A DNA stretch of 32,029 nt. Source: a bacterium (GTDB lineage Bacteria; UBA8248). Below the pieces are notes generated by a model that had not been told where the DNA came from, made no database searches, and worked only from the letters and a program-made list of their open reading frames with translations. How positions within the stretch are numbered: the first letter of the stretch is position 1; every line of letters starts with the position of its first letter. Positions 26,972 through 32,029 of this stretch are shown here, in pieces. The stretch spans positions 1 to 32,029 of the forward strand of contig JAQBZT010000002.1 in the NCBI GenBank assembly GCA_027622355.1. Reading direction: 5' to 3'. A program made the position numbers and the translations under genes.

Positions 26972-28297
26972 TCAGAAGGAGAGCGCGTTGGGGGATGAGG
27001 CGTAAAGAATGTGGTCCTTTTTGTCTGGATGGATCGTGATGGTGGCGAATCGCCGGTATTGCCGCAGCTCGAGCGGGGCGATGACGAGGAGAAGATTTTG
27101 GGTGTTGGAAGGCTTGCCGCGGAGCAGGCTTTTGAGCCGGGCGTTGGTGAGCCGCTCTTTGTAGTAGCGAAACTCGAGCTGGTGGCGCCCCGGCGGGAGC
27201 TCTCCGCTCCACAGATAAATTCTGCCGGGGAGCGTTCGCCAGGTCCGCGTGTCCGCCCCCGTCTGGGTCATCCCGGAGAGTACGCTCGCGGTGCCGCCGA
27301 TGGCGTAGGCAGCCAGGGCGGCGATGGCCAGTGCCCCCCGGGTGTTTTGATCCCTGGACTGATTGGCGGCATTCGCCAGCGCGGTGCCTGTCGCGATGGA
27401 AGCCACCCCGATATCTCTCGTCGTATTCTTGAACTGAACCTTGCCCTTGAGGATGTGATCGAATGCCCGCCCGCCGCGCGTGGTGGCCTGGAAGCCCAGG
27501 TCATCCACCCAGGTGGCCGACCGGACGGGGACTTGGTTTCGGAAGACGACAACATGCTGAATTTGCGGGCGCGGAACGGCAAATTTGACGATATGATCTT
27601 CCTTGGAGTGGAGATATTTCACCGGCCCCCGGTTCGTTGTGGCCAGGATGAGCAGGTTTTCGTTCAACTTTGGAATTTTGAGATAATTCCGAAGCTTTTT
27701 CATCTGGATAAAATTCTCGCGGGCATTTTCCGGCGAGTCGATTTTTTGGGTGATGCGGCCTTCGAGATAGTCGAAGACGGCGAAATCGGAGCGATGCTGG
27801 GATTCCTCCGCAAAAGCGTCCTGAATCTGCCCGCTCCGGAAGGCGGCGCGCGCGTTGTCGAGTTCGCCGTCCCGGTAATAGAGGATGCCTCGGTAAAAGA
27901 ACACCATCGCCCGCTCGTAGGGATCTCCCTTGAAGTCCTTGATGTCTTCCTTGAACCAAAGGCTCCGGGCTCTGTTGGCGCTTTCGGTGTTGGCGAAAAT
28001 GGTGTTGATCTCGCGGATGGAGAGATCGAAATAGCGCTTGGCGATGGAATGGTCGCCCCGGCGCATGGCGGTCAGGGCGATGTTGTTCCAGTTGAGAACC
28101 TGGTTTCGCTTCCCTTCTTCCAGGAGTTCGCGGATCAGGCGGTGCAGATAGGGGGGATGTCCCTGGATGGCGGCCTGGTACTCGCTTTCGGGAACGGCGC
28201 GGCGCTCGGCGTAGGTGGCGCACCCGGCCGCGAGAAAGAGGGCGAGGGCGAGAACGGAGAAGTGCCCGATGTGCCGAATCATCATTTTCCGGTGCAT
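26972..28297 (-). CDS. Hypothetical lipoprotein (TPR-like N-terminal region)
   Basis: The signal peptide and lipobox FSVLALALFLAAGC, native GC-rich codon usage and 441 aa. No catalytic motif recognised. Confidence 0.55.
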   Translation of the reverse strand: MHRKMMIRHIGHFSVLALALFLAAGCATYAERRAVPESEYQAAIQGHPPYLHRLIRELLEEGKRNQVLNWNNIALTAMRRGDHSIAKRYFDLSIREINTIFANTESANRARSLWFKEDIKDFKGDPYERAMVFFYRGILYYRDGELDNARAAFRSGQIQDAFAEESQHRSDFAVFDYLEGRITQKIDSPENARENFIQMKKLRNYLKIPKLNENLLILATTNRGPVKYLHSKEDHIVKFAVPRPQIQHVVVFRNQVPVRSATWVDDLGFQATTRGGRAFDHILKGKVQFKNTTRDIGVASIATGTALANAANQSRDQNTRGALAIAALAAYAIGGTASVLSGMTQTGADTRTWRTLPGRIYLWSGELPPGRHQLEFRYYKERLTNARLKSLLRGKPSNTQNLLLVIAPLELRQYRRFATITIHPDKKDHILYASSPNALSF

Positions 28298-28389
28298 GAA
28301 GCTGGCGACCTCGCGCTGAAAGGAACGCTTATCCGGCTCAAATCGAGCGCGCTTTTATTATCGTATTTTATATCCGCCCGGCAAAACTC

Positions 28390-28531
28390 GGTAGTGGGTC
28401 CGTCTGCTTGTTTTTCTTGTCATTCCGAGCGCCGGAGGCGCGAGGAATCTGCTTTTCCACAGCAGATTCCTCAGTCGCTGCGCTCCTTCGGAATGACACC
28501 ACGGGTCCATTGTGCGAACTGACCCACTACC
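28390..28531. mobile_element. MITE-like element: 11-bp terminal inverted repeats (GGTAGTGGGTC / GACCCACTACC) enclosing a 79-bp imperfect palindrome (28419-28497)
   Basis: The TIRs are exact reverse complements. Inner arms GTCATTCCGA/TCGGAATGAC and GAGGAATCTGC/GCAGATTCCTC flank a 9-nt loop. No coding capacity. Confidence 0.4.
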
Positions 28532-28556
28532 CAAAATTCGCTTCTTTTTGTCTCTG

Positions 28557-28608
28557 GTACGGACGCAGCCATCGGCATGGATGCGTCCATACATATACTG
28601 GGACGCAT
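28557..28608. repeat. Three copies of a GGACGCA core in alternating orientation, spaced about 20 bp apart (14-bp imperfect inverted repeat plus a third copy)
   Basis: GTACGGACGCAGCC (28557-28570), its near reverse complement GGATGCGTCCATAC (28579-28592, 12/14), and GGACGCAT (28601-28608). Confidence 0.4.
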
Positions 28609-28730
28609 CATGGTTCCCTCTTCGGGGCGCCGCCCACGGGAGAGAAAATCGCCTGCGCGGGCGCGGGAATCTACCCGCTATGGGGTGTCCAACAAAACCC
28701 TGGGGCGGAGGACAATTCTCAAACAATAAT

Positions 28731-30398
28731 TTATTTACTATTCGCTAGGAGGGTTTTAAGTCTGTCTTTTATATTTGAATAAACAGCGGTCAATCTTGCC
28801 TTTGCCTTGTCGGTTAAAAGGGCGGTGTGTGCAAGAGCATCTCTGATAGGCTTATATTCAGCGGCATCTCTTGCAAGGCTTGCCTTCTTTAGGTCTTTTT
28901 TGGCATCAACGAGATTTGCAAGGTCGTCCATGGCCAGGTAGCTTAATTTTGTATTGTTTTTTCTAATCTCAATACTTAGATTCCCTTTATTTTTATTTTC
29001 GTCTTCTTTTTTTTCCCATTCCTTATATTTACTTGTTGCTTCCTTCGATAATTCCACTTTTTCTTCTTGTATGAATCTTCTGATCAGATTCTCTGAAATG
29101 AAACATTCGGCATAAGATGAAAAATTGTATGTTGCATCATCCGCCAGGTCATCAACCCAGCCATCGATTTTTTTCCTATTTTTTGAATCTTTAGGAAGAC
29201 CGTATTCTGCTGAAACAGCATTATATAGTTCTCCGGCTTTTCTATCTTTTCTGGAGATACTCGTGTCTTCCGAATCCCCGTCTTCGCGGTGTTTTCTTCT
29301 CCAAGGATCCCAATCAGCAAGGATTTTACTTATGATTTTATCTCTTAAGTAGTTTAAGAACTCTTGGTATTTGGGGTCATCTGCAATTATACCTTCGCGG
29401 CTACTAGTAAATCGATCCATTTGTTTATCATCAAGCGCATTATAGTGAATTTGACCATACAGATAACTTTCGGCCACCCTGGCCGTTGGTATGTGCCTTA
29501 ATATATCCCTTTCTCTTAAACGGCCATTTACAAATAGATCCACGCTAACCTTTTCGCCTGTGCCAAAGATATTAAGATCTCTGGGCTTTTCCACGGAAGC
29601 AATGAACCCTTTTATTCCACCTTTTACAGATATTTTTTTGCTTTCCTTAAGAGTAAATTTCTTTTTGAGTCGTGCAATGTATGGATCTTCTATGTCATCA
29701 ATTTCCCATAAAAATTGAGTCTTTTCTGCGAGATCATCTAGACATTCATGGGTTATTTTTTCTTTGTTAATAAAAATTTTAAAATTATTGTCAATGAGAG
29801 AAAATCGAAAATATAAAGCCACAATTTTTTTCAAAAATTCCAAGCTGTTCCTTATCCCATCATGGATATTTTTAAAATGGATAATGGTGCCCTTGGTATG
29901 CTTGACTGTCAGGTCCCCGAAGGTTTCTAATTTCCATCTTCCCAAAAGGTATTCTTGTGGTGTTAGGTCTTCGTCTATGGCGTTATCTAATTCACCATTA
30001 TCGATTAATCCGCCAATGTAACTTTGCCCCTTCTTTTTTGATATTACAGTAATTTTTTCTGCACACGACAGAAGCGCCAGTTTCCCAATACCTTTTCTTC
30101 CAATATACGGTCTCCCACCTGGAGAGGTTTCACTAATCTTTCGTTTTGAATATCCAATTTTCAAGAATTTATTTTGAAATTCATCCGCCGTCATACCGTC
30201 ACCGGTGTCTTTGATAAGAAAGCTGTTTTTCGTTTTATTGATATGAATGTGTCCTTCAGTAGCATCAGCATCCCAAGCATTCGATATTGCTTCACCGAGA
30301 ACTGTAGTGAAACTTCTATATAGATTTCTACCCAAATGGTTGAGAACACTCAGCGATATTTCAAATGAGAAATCTTCCTTCTTTGCTTTTTGTGTCAT
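28731..30398 (-). CDS. GHKL-superfamily ATPase (HATPase_c_3 / MORC-like) with a C-terminal helical domain carrying an R-x4-H (HEPN-like) motif
   Basis: Bergerat-fold motifs: N-box GEAISNAWDA, G1 box IKDTGDGM, G2 box GRKGIGKLA, and TKGTIIHF. A MORC-like middle region (VDLFVNGRLRERDIL). The C-terminus has YKPIRDALAHTALLT. Confidence 0.8.
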   Translation of the reverse strand: MTQKAKKEDFSFEISLSVLNHLGRNLYRSFTTVLGEAISNAWDADATEGHIHINKTKNSFLIKDTGDGMTADEFQNKFLKIGYSKRKISETSPGGRPYIGRKGIGKLALLSCAEKITVISKKKGQSYIGGLIDNGELDNAIDEDLTPQEYLLGRWKLETFGDLTVKHTKGTIIHFKNIHDGIRNSLEFLKKIVALYFRFSLIDNNFKIFINKEKITHECLDDLAEKTQFLWEIDDIEDPYIARLKKKFTLKESKKISVKGGIKGFIASVEKPRDLNIFGTGEKVSVDLFVNGRLRERDILRHIPTARVAESYLYGQIHYNALDDKQMDRFTSSREGIIADDPKYQEFLNYLRDKIISKILADWDPWRRKHREDGDSEDTSISRKDRKAGELYNAVSAEYGLPKDSKNRKKIDGWVDDLADDATYNFSSYAECFISENLIRRFIQEEKVELSKEATSKYKEWEKKEDENKNKGNLSIEIRKNNTKLSYLAMDDLANLVDAKKDLKKASLARDAAEYKPIRDALAHTALLTDKAKARLTAVYSNIKDRLKTLLANSK

Positions 30399-31450
30399 GT
30401 GTTTTCTCTAATGTGGGCATTAATGCTTCTTCCAATTATCTTGCCCAATTGGACGGGCACGGCATTCCCAATGTGTCTTCCCAGCTTTTTAAAATTTATA
30501 TCGGAAATTCTTTCATAAAACTTATAAGATTTTGGGAATGTTTGTAACAATGCGCCTTCACGTAAAGAGATAGCTCTATTTTGCCTTGGGTGTCCAAAAC
30601 GGCCCGTTCCGAAGCTGTAAAATTGTGTTGTAATTGTTGGGGATGGTTCGTCCCAACGCATTCTGCCGTATACGGAACTATAAGTTGCACCTGTTTTTTT
30701 TTGGTGACAGTCCGTTCTAAGTTTTTTGTCCCAATCTTTCCAGGAGCCGCCAGCTTTTGATTGTTTTATTCTTTGCTTGTTTAAAGACGATAATTTATAA
30801 GTGCGATGGAGAGGGTCCTTGTCGCAGGGTTTCCCGTCTTGTATTCTCGGCAACTTTCCTATGATGTCTTTGACTGTTTTATAATTATCTGGTTTTTGAG
30901 TTGGATCTATTAAATTTATTTCTCCAAGTTTTGATGCAAGCAAAACTAAACGTCTTCGATTTTGTGGGATTCTGTAATCTGGGCAATGAACTATTTTCCA
31001 AGCGACGTGATATTTTAGCGTTTCCAATTCATTAACGAAGTCACGGAATACTTTGTGCTTAATAATTTGGGGAACATTCTCCATAGAAATTATAGTAGGA
31101 CGAACTCCTTTAATAATCCTTGTGAAGTGATACAAAAGCCCCCATTTCTCATTTTCTTTGCGACTCTTCATTTTTTGAGTGTGCTTTGAAAATGGCTGGC
31201 AGGGTGCACAAGCAACTAATACCTTGATGCTTTTTTCTGGAAATAACCGGTTAATACTACTGGCGGATACCTTTTGGATTTCTTTGTGTATAAAAACGGA
31301 TTCATTATTCTTCTCAAATGAATATTGGCATGAGATATCGTTGTCAATACCAGCCATAACAGGAATGCCTGACTTCACTAATCCGTGTGTGAGTCCGCCA
31401 ACACCACAAAATAGATCAACGGCTGAGATTTTCATATTCATTTTTTTCAT
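30395..31450 (-). CDS. dcm: DNA (cytosine-5-)-methyltransferase
   Basis: All canonical C5-MTase motifs are present: I DLFCGVGGL, IV APCQPFS, VI SMENV, VIII QNRRRLVLLAS, IX AISLREGALLQTFP, X GNAVPVQL. The stop overlaps the ATPase start (ATGA). Confidence 0.95.
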   Translation of the reverse strand: MKKMNMKISAVDLFCGVGGLTHGLVKSGIPVMAGIDNDISCQYSFEKNNESVFIHKEIQKVSASSINRLFPEKSIKVLVACAPCQPFSKHTQKMKSRKENEKWGLLYHFTRIIKGVRPTIISMENVPQIIKHKVFRDFVNELETLKYHVAWKIVHCPDYRIPQNRRRLVLLASKLGEINLIDPTQKPDNYKTVKDIIGKLPRIQDGKPCDKDPLHRTYKLSSLNKQRIKQSKAGGSWKDWDKKLRTDCHQKKTGATYSSVYGRMRWDEPSPTITTQFYSFGTGRFGHPRQNRAISLREGALLQTFPKSYKFYERISDINFKKLGRHIGNAVPVQLGKIIGRSINAHIRENT

Positions 31451-31488
31451 ATACTGATCCTTGTTGTTACAGTTTAGTCAGATATGAT

Positions 31489-31516
31489 ATTGTAACCGAG
31501 AAACATGGGGCCGCAA
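31489..31516 (-). promoter_or_regulatory. Candidate promoter of the dcm-ATPase operon (-35 TTGCGG, 16-nt spacer, -10 TACAAT on the minus strand)
   Basis: On the plus strand, ATTGTA lies at 31489-31494 and CCGCAA at 31511-31516. An AAGGA RBS lies 7 nt before the dcm ATG. A 6-bp inverted repeat GTTACA/TGTAAC (31466-31471 / 31491-31496) overlaps the -10. Confidence 0.3.
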
Positions 31517-31627
31517 CTTCTGTTTTTCAAATTCTGACCGAACAATCCTCCTCTTGGCTGTTTTTCACAGAAAGAGCCTTAAAGGCCGCGCAAAACACCC
31601 TCCAGACCTCATCGGTCGGCGGGACGC

Positions 31628-31978
31628 TCACTCCACGGGCGGATTGAAGATGGCGACCATGTGCACGTCTTCATCCGTGGTGCAGGTGTTTCTGTGCTGC
31701 GTGCCGCGGGGCATGAACACGAACTCGCCCGCCTTGTAGCGGAGCTCCCCGCCCTCGAGCTCGTAGCGTCCCTCGCCGCTGATGATGTACATCACTTCGT
31801 CCACTTCGTGGCTGTGCCAGTCGTGGCTCTTGCCCGGGCGGATATGGGATTTGTAGACCGTCACGCCCGTGCCGTCCCGCGCCTGGGTGAGGATGCCGCG
31901 GTGGCGGGCGCCGCCGGCGATCTCCTCCGATGGGATTTCGTCGGGGCGGATGATGCGGGCTTTGCTTTTAGGGCTCAT
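31628..31978 (-). CDS. Cupin domain protein
   Basis: Cupin motifs GKSHDWHSHEVDEVMYIISGEG and FMPRGTQHR. Native GC-rich codon usage. GGGGGAGAAAG RBS upstream. Confidence 0.75.
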   Translation of the reverse strand: MSPKSKARIIRPDEIPSEEIAGGARHRGILTQARDGTGVTVYKSHIRPGKSHDWHSHEVDEVMYIISGEGRYELEGGELRYKAGEFVFMPRGTQHRNTCTTDEDVHMVAIFNPPVE

Positions 31979-32029
31979 CTTTTCTTTCTCCCCCTTGCAG
32001 TAAGTTAAGGCCGCTGCGCTTTGTTTTTT

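Larger units (their letters stand above)
28715..31546. mobile_element. Compositionally foreign (AT-rich) two-gene island inserted between native GC-rich genes
   Basis: Base composition switches visibly from roughly two-thirds G+C (by eye) to AT-rich at about 28715 and back at about 31546. Codon usage of both island genes is A/T3-rich, unlike every other gene in the window. No integrase or transposase is present. Confidence 0.6.

Noticed and set aside
28358-28782. Three overlapping ORFs (122, 124 and 78 aa) in the lipoprotein/island intergenic region.
   Set aside because: They run through the palindromic MITE-like element and the GGACGCA repeats on both strands. They lack RBSs, and their translations are typical repeat-derived artefacts (..SFRAPEARG.., ..SLRSFGMT..).
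29400-30200. I searched the middle region of the GHKL ATPase for a PD-(D/E)xK or HNH nuclease signature, for example around IDDIEDPYIARLKKK.
   Set aside because: Acidic and Lys residues are abundant in this AT-rich gene. No spacing or context convincingly matches a nuclease motif by eye, so this needs profile or structure searches.
1-32029. I looked for CRISPR arrays, rRNA, tRNA or tmRNA genes, integrases, transposases and toxin-antitoxin pairs.
   Set aside because: I found no regularly spaced direct repeats, no recognisable RNA-gene structures and no recombinase-like ORFs anywhere in the window. The island therefore lacks any visible mobility gene.

Overview
This is a 32 kb window from a high-GC bacterial chromosome, probably an uncultured lineage. 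It is densely packed with ordinary housekeeping and catabolic genes: BON-domain protein, LLM-class oxidoreductase, typA, an acyl-CoA ligase, two tandem cupin paralogues, two EamA transporters, an MBL hydrolase, a PAC2 protein, an IclR/DapA-like/acyl-CoA dehydrogenase cluster, a sugar nucleotidyltransferase, ggt, a phosphodiester glycosidase, CBS and SDR proteins, uvrA, and an rlmD-lexA-dinB SOS operon. No rRNA, tRNA or CRISPR array was recognised. The standout is a sharply AT-rich insertion of about 2.8 kb (about 28715-31546) between a native lipoprotein gene and a native cupin gene. It carries only two genes, translationally coupled by an ATGA overlap. One is a textbook C5-cytosine DNA methyltransferase. 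The other is a 555-aa GHKL (MORC/HATPase_c_3-like) ATPase whose C-terminus carries an R-x4-H signature suggestive of a HEPN RNase fold. No recognisable restriction endonuclease is present. I read this as a candidate non-canonical methylation-linked defence or addiction module. The native side of its left junction carries a 142-bp MITE-like nested palindrome and a cluster of GGACGCA repeats. Secondary observations are two perfect palindromes in the rlmD-lexA-dinB leader/promoter, an in-frame coding-like extension past a TAG stop, a molybdo-hydroxylase gene remnant, a lysine-rich insertion in UvrA, and a G9 tract. All calls come from reading the ORF translations and the sequence by eye. No database search was run.
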